Source of the DNA: Phycisphaerae bacterium
GTDB lineage: Bacteria > Planctomycetota > Phycisphaerae > UBA1845 > Fen-1342
Assembly: GCA_050115495.1 (NCBI GenBank)
Contig: JASFQK010000021.1
Location: forward strand, 32,001-96,000
Direction of reading: 5' to 3'
DNA length: 64,000 nt
Shown in pieces: positions 9,219 to 17,672 of the stretch; within the stretch, counting starts at the first letter, position 1; every line of letters starts with the position of its first letter. The notes below the pieces were generated by a model. It had not been told where the DNA came from. It did not search any database and saw only the letters and a program-made list of their open reading frames with translations. Made by a program: the position numbers and the translations under genes.

Positions 9219-10451
9219 ATGCCGGTTCTGCTGAGCACCGACGAACTGCAAGCAGGCATGTGCCTCTATGAACCGCTGGTCAAAGGCGGGCGAACGCTGC
9301 TTGCCTCCGGCAAGGAGCTGACCGCGGGGGATATCTCCGCCCTGCAAGAGCATCATCCGGACGCGCAGGTGCGTGTGCGCGACCCGCTGCTCGACGAGCG
9401 GGTCGAGTTCGAGGACGACTCGCGCGAGCGCGAAGTGGCGGAGACGGTCCGGCGGGACATCGGCGAGTACATGCGGGGCGTGGTCGAGGGGTACTCGGAG
9501 AAGAACGGTCTGCGGCACGTCGATTTCGCCAAAGCGTCCGACGTGGTGCGGGACGTCGTGGAGTTCATGTCGCGACGGTCGTCGACGGTGGCCCTGCCGC
9601 CGACCGAACCGGACGGCGGACCGTATCTGCCCCGCCACGTGGGCAACACGTTTTACCTGGCCATGCGGCTGGCCGGCCTGGTACCCGACTACATGATCGA
9701 GGAGCGGCTGCGGCAGACGGAGTTGAAGGGCATCTCGCGGCAGCGGCTGCTGGACCTGTCACCGCTGGGGCTCGGCGCATTGTTCATCGACGTGGGAATG
9801 CTGCCGGTGTGCCGACTATACGACGCGCAGCGTTCCTTGACGCAGGAAGAGCAGGCGCAAGTCCGTGAGCATCCGAACGTCGGGGCGGACCTGCTTCCGG
9901 ACTCGTTCCCGGCACACGCCCGGGTCGTCGTGCGGTCGCACCATGAGAACCAGTTGGGCACCGGGTACCCGAAGCGGCTGCCGCCGGAACGTGTGCACGT
10001 CTTCGCCCGTATCGCGCGGGTGGCGGATGGCTTCGACACGGCGACGTCGGTCGGCACGTACCGGCAGGCACGCACACCGACCCGCGCCCTGTGGGAGATG
10101 ACCTGCGGGCCGTACGCCGACTACTACGACCCCGTGCTGACCGAAGCGTTCGCGACGCTCCTGCAACCCTTCCCGATCGGAGCGAAGCTGCGCCTGTCGG
10201 ACGGGCGCTACGCGGTCGTGGTGCGTTTCAACCCCAGCGACCCCGTGCTGCCGGAGGTGGTCATCGCCTACGACCGGCAGAACCGCCGGCTGCCGGCAGA
10301 GCAGATCGAGGGGCCCCTGTCGCTGGCGGACGAGCCGTCGCTACGCCTCGTCTCCTGTGGCGATGAAGACCTGTCGTACCTGTACTTCGAGGAAGTGGCC
10401 CCGGCGCGCGTGCTGCCCTTCCATACGCTGTTCGACGCGAAGTACCCGTAA
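9219..10451 (+). CDS. HD-GYP domain protein with a degenerate HD dyad
   Basis: N-terminal ELQAGMCL..L motif; HPNVG, HHENQLGTGYP, RIARVAD; the usual LHDIGK reads FIDVGM. Confidence 0.8.
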   Translation: MPVLLSTDELQAGMCLYEPLVKGGRTLLASGKELTAGDISALQEHHPDAQVRVRDPLLDERVEFEDDSREREVAETVRRDIGEYMRGVVEGYSEKNGLRHVDFAKASDVVRDVVEFMSRRSSTVALPPTEPDGGPYLPRHVGNTFYLAMRLAGLVPDYMIEERLRQTELKGISRQRLLDLSPLGLGALFIDVGMLPVCRLYDAQRSLTQEEQAQVREHPNVGADLLPDSFPAHARVVVRSHHENQLGTGYPKRLPPERVHVFARIARVADGFDTATSVGTYRQARTPTRALWEMTCGPYADYYDPVLTEAFATLLQPFPIGAKLRLSDGRYAVVVRFNPSDPVLPEVVIAYDRQNRRLPAEQIEGPLSLADEPSLRLVSCGDEDLSYLYFEEVAPARVLPFHTLFDAKYP

Positions 10452-10490
10452 GCGCACCCATCCGTAGCTCGTGGGGGACGTGGCGTCGGT

Positions 10491-11063
10491 ATGCCAGACG
10501 AGCCCTCCACCCCCCTGCCCCACACCGCCAGCGACCACGAGTTGATGCGCCGCGTCGGCGAGGGCGATCGCGATGCGCTCGGCCTGCTCGTGGAGCGTCA
10601 CCAGGCGAAAGTCGTGGCGCTGGCGTATCGGTTCCTCGGACGCTGGGACGCCGCCGAGGACGTTGCCCAGGACGTGTTTGTGCGCGTCTGGCGGGCGGCG
10701 GCACAGTTCCGGCCCGAAGCGCGCTTCACGACGTGGCTCTACCGGCTCGCGGTGAACCTGTGCTGGGACCGTCGGCGGCAGGCGGCCCGGGAGCTGCGCC
10801 TGCTAACCGCAGCCCCCCCGCCGGAGACGGGCAACGCGTCGTCCGTGAACATGGAGAGCCGGGAGCGAGTAGCCCGGGTGCGGCGGGCGGTCGGCGAACT
10901 GCCCGATCGGCAGCGGCTGGCGGTGATCCTGCACCGCTACGAGGGGCTGTCACACAGGGAAATCGCGGAGGCGACGGGCTGGAGCCAGGGCGCCGTGGAA
11001 TCGTGCCTGGTGCGGGCGTACGAGAAGCTGCGACAGTCGTTGTCGGACATGGGGCCGGGCTGA
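10491..11063 (+). CDS. ECF RNA polymerase sigma factor
   Basis: AEDVAQDVF, FTTWLYRLAVN, LPDRQR...EGLSHREIA. Confidence 0.92.
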   Translation: MPDEPSTPLPHTASDHELMRRVGEGDRDALGLLVERHQAKVVALAYRFLGRWDAAEDVAQDVFVRVWRAAAQFRPEARFTTWLYRLAVNLCWDRRRQAARELRLLTAAPPPETGNASSVNMESRERVARVRRAVGELPDRQRLAVILHRYEGLSHREIAEATGWSQGAVESCLVRAYEKLRQSLSDMGPG

Positions 11064-11106
11064 TGATGGGCGTCGAGGATATCGGACTATCCCGCCGCCA
11101 GACTTC

Positions 11107-11138
11107 CCCGCAGGGAGCGGTCGGCGGCGAACGTTCAA
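11107..11138 (+). promoter_or_regulatory. Putative ECF promoter CCCGCAGG-N17-CGTTCAA upstream of the anti-sigma gene
   Basis: The same bipartite motif recurs at 12869-12899. Confidence 0.6.
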
Positions 11139-11157
11139 ACCGTGTGGAGACTTGGTC

Positions 11158-11643
11158 ATGGAACACGTGCGGCAAACAGAGCTGATCCAGTTGGCGGCGA
11201 ACGAACTCGCCGACCCTCGCCGCGCGGAAGTGGAGCACCATCTCGCGGCGTGCCCGGCCTGTCGGGCCCTGTATGCGCAGCAGCAGGCCCTCTGGGGCGC
11301 GCTGGGCGACTGGCGGCCGGATGAGACGCCGCTCGACCTGCGTGCCGGTGTCGAGCGGAGATTGGCGGATTCTGGCGCCAACTCACGCCCCCTGTGGCTC
11401 ACGCTCGGCCGGGCGTCGCGGGTGGCGGCCGCGGTGGTCATCGGTGTCGGGGTTGGGTACGGCGCGGCGCGGACTTGGTCGCCGCAGCAACCGACCCCGG
11501 TACCGGTCACGCCGGCAGCCAGCGAACAGGCCGCTGTCGAGGCACTCGGCATCGACTATCTGGCGCCGCCGTCGCCGGCGGGGCTGTATGCCGCCCTGCC
11601 GGATGCGTCGGACGATGGGGAATCTGAGGAGGGGCAGTCATGA
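11158..11643 (+). CDS. Zinc-finger (HxxxCxxC) single-TM anti-sigma factor
   Basis: HLAACPAC, one hydrophobic helix, directly after the ECF gene. Confidence 0.85.
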   Translation: MEHVRQTELIQLAANELADPRRAEVEHHLAACPACRALYAQQQALWGALGDWRPDETPLDLRAGVERRLADSGANSRPLWLTLGRASRVAAAVVIGVGVGYGAARTWSPQQPTPVPVTPAASEQAAVEALGIDYLAPPSPAGLYAALPDASDDGESEEGQS

Positions 11644-12242
11644 TCATGCGACGCTATGGCGGCCTGTCGCTGATTGCCCTCGCCTGTGCGGCGGGGAGCT
11701 ACCTGGCGACGTATGCCGTACAGCAGGAAGAGCGTGGTGGGCCGACGTCGAGCCCGGCGACGGCCACGGCTCAGAGCGTGTCACGCTGGCTCGAGCTCAG
11801 CCCGCCGCAAGTGGACGCGGTACGGGAGATCGAGGCGACCTTCGCCGCGGACCGGCAGCCGCTCGAAGCGAAGCTGGACACGGAGCGGGAGCGGCTGGCG
11901 ACGCTGCTGGAGAACCCGGCGACGACGGACGCGGAAATCCTGCAACAGGTTGAGAACGTGATCGCGGCGCACGATGCGTTGGAGCGGCGTGTGGCCGCCC
12001 ATCTTGTGGCGATGCGGCCGCACCTGACGGCCGAACAGCAGAAACGCCTGTTCAACCGCTTCGCCAGCAGCGTGCGCGAGAGCGGCGGCGGGCGGTGGCG
12101 GCATGGCCAACCCGGCGGCGCCGGCGACGGACGCCGCGGCGGCGGCCCGCCGCCGGGGCGCGGACCCGGGTCCGGGCGCGGGCGGGGTGGCGAGGGCCGC
12201 GGCCGCCACGGCGAACAGACGACGACGGCACCCGCGCCGTAG
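11640..12242 (+). CDS. Periplasmic heavy-metal sensor / CnrX-Spy-CpxP-like helical protein
   Basis: N-terminal TM, LELSPPQ and LTAEQQ repeats, HxxxM in the last helix; ATGA overlap with the anti-sigma gene. Confidence 0.75.
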   Translation: MIMRRYGGLSLIALACAAGSYLATYAVQQEERGGPTSSPATATAQSVSRWLELSPPQVDAVREIEATFAADRQPLEAKLDTERERLATLLENPATTDAEILQQVENVIAAHDALERRVAAHLVAMRPHLTAEQQKRLFNRFASSVRESGGGRWRHGQPGGAGDGRRGGGPPPGRGPGSGRGRGGEGRGRHGEQTTTAPAP

Positions 12243-12259
12243 ACATGAGGAGTACAGCC

Positions 12260-12670
12260 ATGAAACGAGTTGTCTTGCTGGGGATCGTGTTGTTGGCAGG
12301 TGTAAGCGTCGCCATGGCCCAGGGCCGCGGCGGGCGCACTGGGCAGCGCGGCGGCCGGAGTGCTGCGCAGGGAGTGCGGGCGGCGACGACGGTGGTGACC
12401 CCGAGTGTCGCCCCGACTGTTGCCCAACGGCCGATGCGGCAGCGTGTGCGCGATATCAACAATTGTCAGGCCACCGACGGACAGCCGCTGCGCGAGCGGC
12501 TGCATGATCCGGCGAGCTGTCTGCGGCTCAATGCCGGCGGCGGCCAACGCGGAATGGGCCTGCGCCTGGGGCTGGGTCTCGGTTGCCGGGGCGGTGGATT
12601 GCGCTACGGTTGTTGCCCGTGCGGCCGTTGCGGGGGCGGACGACATCACGGCTGGCGCGGGCGGCGGTAG
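12260..12670 (+). CDS. Small exported Gly/Arg/Cys-rich hypothetical protein
   Basis: GAGGAG RBS, signal peptide MKRVVLLGIVLLAGVSVAMA, tail CCPCGRCGGGRHHG. Confidence 0.7.
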   Translation: MKRVVLLGIVLLAGVSVAMAQGRGGRTGQRGGRSAAQGVRAATTVVTPSVAPTVAQRPMRQRVRDINNCQATDGQPLRERLHDPASCLRLNAGGGQRGMGLRLGLGLGCRGGGLRYGCCPCGRCGGGRHHGWRGRR

Positions 12671-12742
12671 CGGCCGCCTCATGCCTGCATCTGCGACCTG
12701 ATCGGGCCATACGTCGGCGATCTCCCGGAAACGAATGAGCGA

Positions 12743-12761
12743 CGGGCAGAGCCCGCCCTAC
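12743..12761 (-). repeat. GTAG-type REP-like palindrome
   Basis: Minus strand GTAGGGCGGGCTCTGCCCG in an intergenic space. Confidence 0.55.
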
Positions 12762-12868
12762 AATTCACTCCGCGCACACCACATGTGTACAGTCCGTAAT
12801 ACACATGTGGTGTGTCGTTGTGGCTACATCGGCCCGTGGGGCCACGTCGGAAAAACTCCTCAAACCAG

Positions 12869-12899
12869 CCCGCAGGCAATGCCGTTCGGCGGCGTTCAA
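12869..12899 (+). promoter_or_regulatory. Putative ECF promoter CCCGCAGG-N16-CGTTCAA upstream of the DUF2202 gene
   Basis: Matches 11107-11138. Confidence 0.6.
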
Positions 12900-13008
12900 T
12901 GATCGGATGCGGAGAGGCGTTCTCCCATCACGGAGAGTGCTGGCTGGGTGCATCTGCCGACGTGGCAGGAAGTCAGTACGGAGCGCAACGGACCGAAGGA
13001 GACGAGAC

Positions 13009-13890
13009 ATGAGACACGCAGGATGGACGACCGCAGTCACGATGTTGCTGGCGGCGAGCGTGGCGTGGGCGGGTGGCGGTGGCGCCGGTGGCGGCGGCGG
13101 CTGCACACGCATCGAAGGCGTCATCACCGCCATCGACGCCGACACGCTGCAACTCGTCGTCGCCGATGTCACCGTGCAGGTCACGGAGCAGACGGTGATC
13201 AGGAAGAGCGGTCAGGCGATCACGCTGTCCGACCTGGCCCTGGGTGAGACCGTCGCGGCCTGCGGGATCGTGGAGGAGGACGTGCTGTTGGCCAACCGCG
13301 TGACGGTTCGGCCGTGCGCGGTCGTCCTGACGGCCACCGTGGCCGGCGGCCAACTGACGCCGAATGGCGGGAAACAGCTTCGCCTGGTGCCGCTGTCCGC
13401 AGAGGAGGAGGCCGGCCTGTTGCTGATGCGGGAAGAGGAAAAGCTAGCCCGCGACGTGTACCTGACGCTCGGTGAGCTTTGGCAACTGCCGATCTTCACC
13501 AACATCGCCGCCAGCGAGCAGACGCACATGGACGCGGTCCTCGCGCTGCTGACGCGCTACGGCCTGACGGACCCGGTGGCCGGGATGGACGTCGGAGAAT
13601 TCGCGACGCCGGAGTTCCAGGCGTTGTTCGCCGAGTTGGTCGCACTCGGCAGCGAATCGCTGATCGGCGCGCTCACCGTCGGGGCGACGATCGAGGAGAT
13701 CGACATTGTCGACCTGCTGGAGCAGCTCGAGATCGTGACGCACCGGGACCTGGGCCGGGTGTACCAGAACCTGGAGCGAGGCTCGGAGAACCACCTGCGG
13801 GCGTTCGTCGGGCAACTGGCGGCCCAGGACGTGGTCTATGAGCCGCAGTACCTCGACCCGGAGTTGTACGAGCAAATCATCGGCGGCTGA
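13009..13890 (+). CDS. Exported DUF5666-like (OB-fold) + DUF2202 ferritin-like protein
   Basis: Signal peptide; IEGVITAID..V.VT..T; MREEEKLARDVY, SEQTHM, IEEIDI, GSENHLRAF. Confidence 0.85.
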   Translation: MRHAGWTTAVTMLLAASVAWAGGGGAGGGGGCTRIEGVITAIDADTLQLVVADVTVQVTEQTVIRKSGQAITLSDLALGETVAACGIVEEDVLLANRVTVRPCAVVLTATVAGGQLTPNGGKQLRLVPLSAEEEAGLLLMREEEKLARDVYLTLGELWQLPIFTNIAASEQTHMDAVLALLTRYGLTDPVAGMDVGEFATPEFQALFAELVALGSESLIGALTVGATIEEIDIVDLLEQLEIVTHRDLGRVYQNLERGSENHLRAFVGQLAAQDVVYEPQYLDPELYEQIIGG

Positions 13891-13970
13891 CCCCCACACC
13901 TGATCGAACATAACCGGGCCGGTTTGCCTGTGCCGCAGGGCGCGGGCGAGCCGGCCCGGGCCTTTGAGGG

Positions 13971-14133
13971 GCGGACGTCGAGCCCGTGAGAGCTGAGCCG
14001 CACGTTCGGCGGACGGACCTGAGGGAAACGGACCGTGCAAATGAGGACCGAGCCGGTCGGAAACCCGGTCAGTCTCCGGCCGGCCCGTATGTCCCTGTTC
14101 GACGCCAGTGTTCAAGCGGCCCGACGTCTAACG
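13971..14133 (+). ncRNA. ssrS: Probable 6S RNA
   Basis: About 160-nt irregular rod: closing stem GGACGTCGAGCC/GGCCCGACGTCT, CTGAGC/GTTCAAG helix as in 6S RNAs, central bubble, apical stem; folded by eye only. Confidence 0.6.
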
Positions 14134-14160
14134 GATAGGCAGGTTTGTATGCTCCCGGCC

Positions 14161-14192
14161 GGCTGGCAGGCGGCAGTAGCCGCCTGCCAGCC
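14161..14192. terminator. Perfect 14-bp hairpin between convergent transcripts
   Basis: GGCTGGCAGGCGGC-AGTA-GCCGCCTGCCAGCC; no clear U-tract. Confidence 0.6.
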
Positions 14193-14218
14193 AACCGGTT
14201 GGCGTCGCCGTCGGTGCC

Positions 14219-16414
14219 TTACAGCAGACCGATGAACGGCGAGATGTCGAAGTTGTTGACCGTGCCGTCTTCGTTGGCGTCGGCACAGAAGTAGTGGCCG
14301 CCCGGGTAGGCCGTCTCGAATGTTGCCTGGTCGTGACCAACGGCGTAGACGAACGGGCCGATGTCGAAGTTGTTCGTCGTACCGTCGCCGTTCACGTCAC
14401 CGAGCTCGGTCGGGCACGGCTCTTCGCCACCCGGCATCAGGCAGAAGTACCCGTTGTAACCCGGACGAATCGTCCAGAACGGGTAGGCCGCATCCCAGGA
14501 GTAGCCGGCCACCAGGTCCGCACCGATAACGGCGCTGTTGTCGGCCCAGTACCACTGACGGTTCGGGGAGATCCAGGCCATGTCGCAGATGCAGGCGATC
14601 CAGTACTTGGTGCCCGCGTTCAGCGTGATCGGCGTGGTCAGGTCGACGTGGTAGTAGAAGCTCTGGCCGCCGATGTTCACGGACGTCACAGCCGCATCCG
14701 GGTAGATGAAGCTGTAGAGTGCCGTCACACGCGGGTCCGACAGGCCGTTGCCGGTCGGCTTCGTGCCGGTACCGTCGTCGGCCCAGAAGTGGACCTCCCA
14801 GCCAGTGACCGGCTGGTGATCCGCGTTATTGAAGAAGCCGGACCAGTCGACGGCGCCGACGGTGACGGTGCCGCCAATCGCGGTGAGCGTGAAGTCGTCT
14901 GCGCTGATGGCCAGGTACGAGCCCATGAAGTCCTGCGAGGCCACGCCCTCTGAGAAGGACTCGAGATCAGGCTGGTTCTGGTAGATCGCGTCGGTGCACG
15001 GCGGCAGCGGGGCATCCTCGCAGGTGATCACACCCATGTAGGACCACTCGCCATCCGGGCCAGGGCCGGTGCCGCAAGGCATGCCATCGGTGACCCAGGG
15101 CGCGACGCGCAGGTAGTAGGTACCGGGGTTGCAGATCTTCGAAACGGAGTGCACAGCGCAGACGACGTCGGTCGTGACGTACGGACCGATGTAGCCGGTG
15201 AAGTCGGCGCAGTCCGCGGAGCCTTCCGGATCAAAGACGCAGAAGCCCATGAACAGCGGGAACTCGGCTTCGACGTCGAAGGTTACGCTCGTACGCTCGG
15301 TGACGACGATCTTCCACCAGTCTTCGTCACGGGCACCACCATCGGCCCAGCAGGTACCGCAGATGGTCGTGTTGCACGCCGTGTTCTCGAACGCCTCCGG
15401 CGTCGCGCCGCAGCCGTTGTTGGCGGACTGGTTGCAGGGCTCATTCTCGTTCTGGCCCGTGCAGACCACGACGCAGTCCGGACACTCGTCGCAGGTCACG
15501 CCAGCGCCCAGCCAGACGCTCGGGGACACGCAGTCATCCGGACCGGTGATCGTGCAGGTGTAGTCCTCATGGCAGCAGGCGCCGGCCTGGCCGCAAGGCG
15601 GGTCGAGGTCAGCGCACAGCGTGTAGGCGGCCCAACGGGTACCGCCGAGCTCGATGCAGGAGACCTCGTCCCAGTCGTCGACGCACTGCGGCGGATTCGT
15701 GGTGTCGAAGCAGCAGGCGCCGAGCGGCTCTTCGTTGGTGTACAGGTCGAGATCGAAGCCGCCGTAGTGGCTGCCGGGGCCCCACCACACGTTGCAGTTG
15801 TAGTACTCCGGGGGATCCGCCGGCTCGCCGAAGGTCGTCTCGGTGAAGCCGAGCTCGGCCTCGTTCGCCATGTGCACACCGGACGTATCGGTGTTGGTGA
15901 CGTACCGGACCCAGAAGCTCTCGGGGACGACGACGCTCGTGGTGGTCTCCACGTCGAGCCAGCCAACGGGCGTGTTGTTGGACCAGGTGTAGGTCCAGAG
16001 CATGTTGGCGCCGGCGGTCAGCGGGCAGATATCCCAGAACTCAACGGTGATATCGTAGACCTCGCCGGCGTCAGCGTCGCCGTAGGTGGTCACCGACACG
16101 CAGTTGACGGTGACTCCGCCGGGCTTGATGACCTGGATGTCGTCGGAGACATCGAGCCCGGTCCCGGCTGTGCCGTGGATGTACCAACCATCGGCATCGT
16201 CATTCAGATACACCGCGTAACCACCGCAGGCGCGCGAAACGGCCGTGCCGCCGTTCGCCGTGATAGCCTGGGAATCGACACCCGCGTTCAACTTGAGGAT
16301 GTTCTTTCCCAGGGCAGCAGTGGATGACGCGACGGTGGGTGGGTCGGCGAGGACGGCCGCCACACACAACGTGACCAGCAGTACTGCAGCAAGGCTCTTC
16401 CATTCGCGATACAC
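14219..16414 (-). CDS. Exported Cys-rich multidomain protein with a C-terminal dockerin-like Ca-binding duplex
   Basis: GTG start with GGGAGG RBS, signal peptide, GACC repeats, GDVNGDGTTNNFDI/ADANEDGTVNNFDI. Confidence 0.85.
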   Translation of the reverse strand: MYREWKSLAAVLLVTLCVAAVLADPPTVASSTAALGKNILKLNAGVDSQAITANGGTAVSRACGGYAVYLNDDADGWYIHGTAGTGLDVSDDIQVIKPGGVTVNCVSVTTYGDADAGEVYDITVEFWDICPLTAGANMLWTYTWSNNTPVGWLDVETTTSVVVPESFWVRYVTNTDTSGVHMANEAELGFTETTFGEPADPPEYYNCNVWWGPGSHYGGFDLDLYTNEEPLGACCFDTTNPPQCVDDWDEVSCIELGGTRWAAYTLCADLDPPCGQAGACCHEDYTCTITGPDDCVSPSVWLGAGVTCDECPDCVVVCTGQNENEPCNQSANNGCGATPEAFENTACNTTICGTCWADGGARDEDWWKIVVTERTSVTFDVEAEFPLFMGFCVFDPEGSADCADFTGYIGPYVTTDVVCAVHSVSKICNPGTYYLRVAPWVTDGMPCGTGPGPDGEWSYMGVITCEDAPLPPCTDAIYQNQPDLESFSEGVASQDFMGSYLAISADDFTLTAIGGTVTVGAVDWSGFFNNADHQPVTGWEVHFWADDGTGTKPTGNGLSDPRVTALYSFIYPDAAVTSVNIGGQSFYYHVDLTTPITLNAGTKYWIACICDMAWISPNRQWYWADNSAVIGADLVAGYSWDAAYPFWTIRPGYNGYFCLMPGGEEPCPTELGDVNGDGTTNNFDIGPFVYAVGHDQATFETAYPGGHYFCADANEDGTVNNFDISPFIGLL

Positions 16415-16674
16415 AGTGCTACCTCCCTTCTCATGGGGTGCCAGAATGCACGATTCTGGCGTAAAACGCTGAGCCGCAGACACCTGCGACTTCTCTCCCT
16501 AACCTTTCAATCGTGCGGGACCGTGTGGGAGAAGCGCGCACTTCAGAACGCCTCGGCGCATCACCGAGAGCGAGGGATTGGCGCTGTCTCAAACCTTCAA
16601 GCGGACGTGATTCCGCGCGTCACACGGTCGCGCCGAGTCGTTACAACATGCTCGCCTACCTAGGCGAGGATTTC

Positions 16675-16683
16675 AGTATAGCA
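16675..16683 (-). promoter_or_regulatory. Extended -10 element TGC-TATACT for the Cys-rich gene
   Basis: Consensus-like TGn-TATACT in the AT-richer upstream region. Confidence 0.35.
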
Positions 16684-17242
16684 GACTGCTGCCAGCGTTG
16701 TCTAGTGAACTCGCGCTACATTTCTTCAGGCCGCACCACGTACGCCTTCCGCTGTAGTGCCTGACGAGACAAGCGAATTGGAGACCGGCCAAGTGTAGCC
16801 TGTTTAGCCGACACTCCTTCTTCGCCGCGACCGCCAGCCCACAAGGTGTCCGCGCACAGCGCACGGACCGGGAGCGGTTGCGCCGTGCGGTTCGAGCGCG
16901 GGCCCGGGGCGTCTCGCGAAGCTTATGCCTTACGAGTGGTCACCGTTGGCAAGACAAGCGTTTCGCAGCGGCTGATGCGATGTAACCTATTCAGCCCACA
17001 GCAATACCCTACTCCTGCCCGGGGCCTTCTTCTCACGCAGTCCGCGTCCATGTTGAACGTCCCGACGGCGGCGTGGGCACTTCACCAACACCGCCCCGGC
17101 CGCTGCAGTCAAACTGAACCAACGGGGCTGGCCCGCCGGCCACGCGCGTACGCCCCGGAGTCCCGTCCCCCCCCCGCCGACGAGCCCGCCTGGGTCGTTT
17201 CGCGGCCTGCAAACCGGAGGGCAGAAGTCGCAAATGTTCGGA

Positions 17243-17276
17243 TTTCATGTTCTGTTCATGTTTATTTCGTTAACGT
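17243..17276 (+). promoter_or_regulatory. OmpR/PhoB-type direct-repeat box plus -10
   Basis: TTCAT(17244)/TTCAT(17255)/TTCGT(17266), 11-bp period, then TAACGT at 17271. Confidence 0.6.
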
Positions 17277-17672
17277 ACGGTTAGCACGAGCGTCGTGGAT
17301 GGAACGATCGGCGTGACCCAGCCCGGCGAAGGAGGAGCGTGAGACAGGCGGTCACGCCGGGACGGGCGCGCGACCAAGGCGCTGGATGGGCGCGACGACA
17401 CGGGGCCGCCTCGCCTGGCGGCCCCCTTCGGCGCGATGTGACTTACCGTGCGCCACGCGCAGAGCTTGCGGCTGTCGTCCCCGGAGAGGGATGCACAGCC
17501 CGGGCTATGCGCGCGCTCAGCCGGCTGCTGGAGACGGGGCCTGGGGACGCCAACCGCCGGGCGGCGACGTCGGCCGACGTGGCCGTTGCGGGTGCAAGGT
17601 TCGTGAGGCCGCCGGACGCGCCGGGACCTGCCCGAGCGACGTTCGCGACGGACAGACATAAGGAGATGGAGC

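Noticed and set aside
16846..17316. ORFs in the 16.4-17.7 kb intergenic region
   Set aside because: No RBS, atypical codon use, and overlap with the identified promoter boxes
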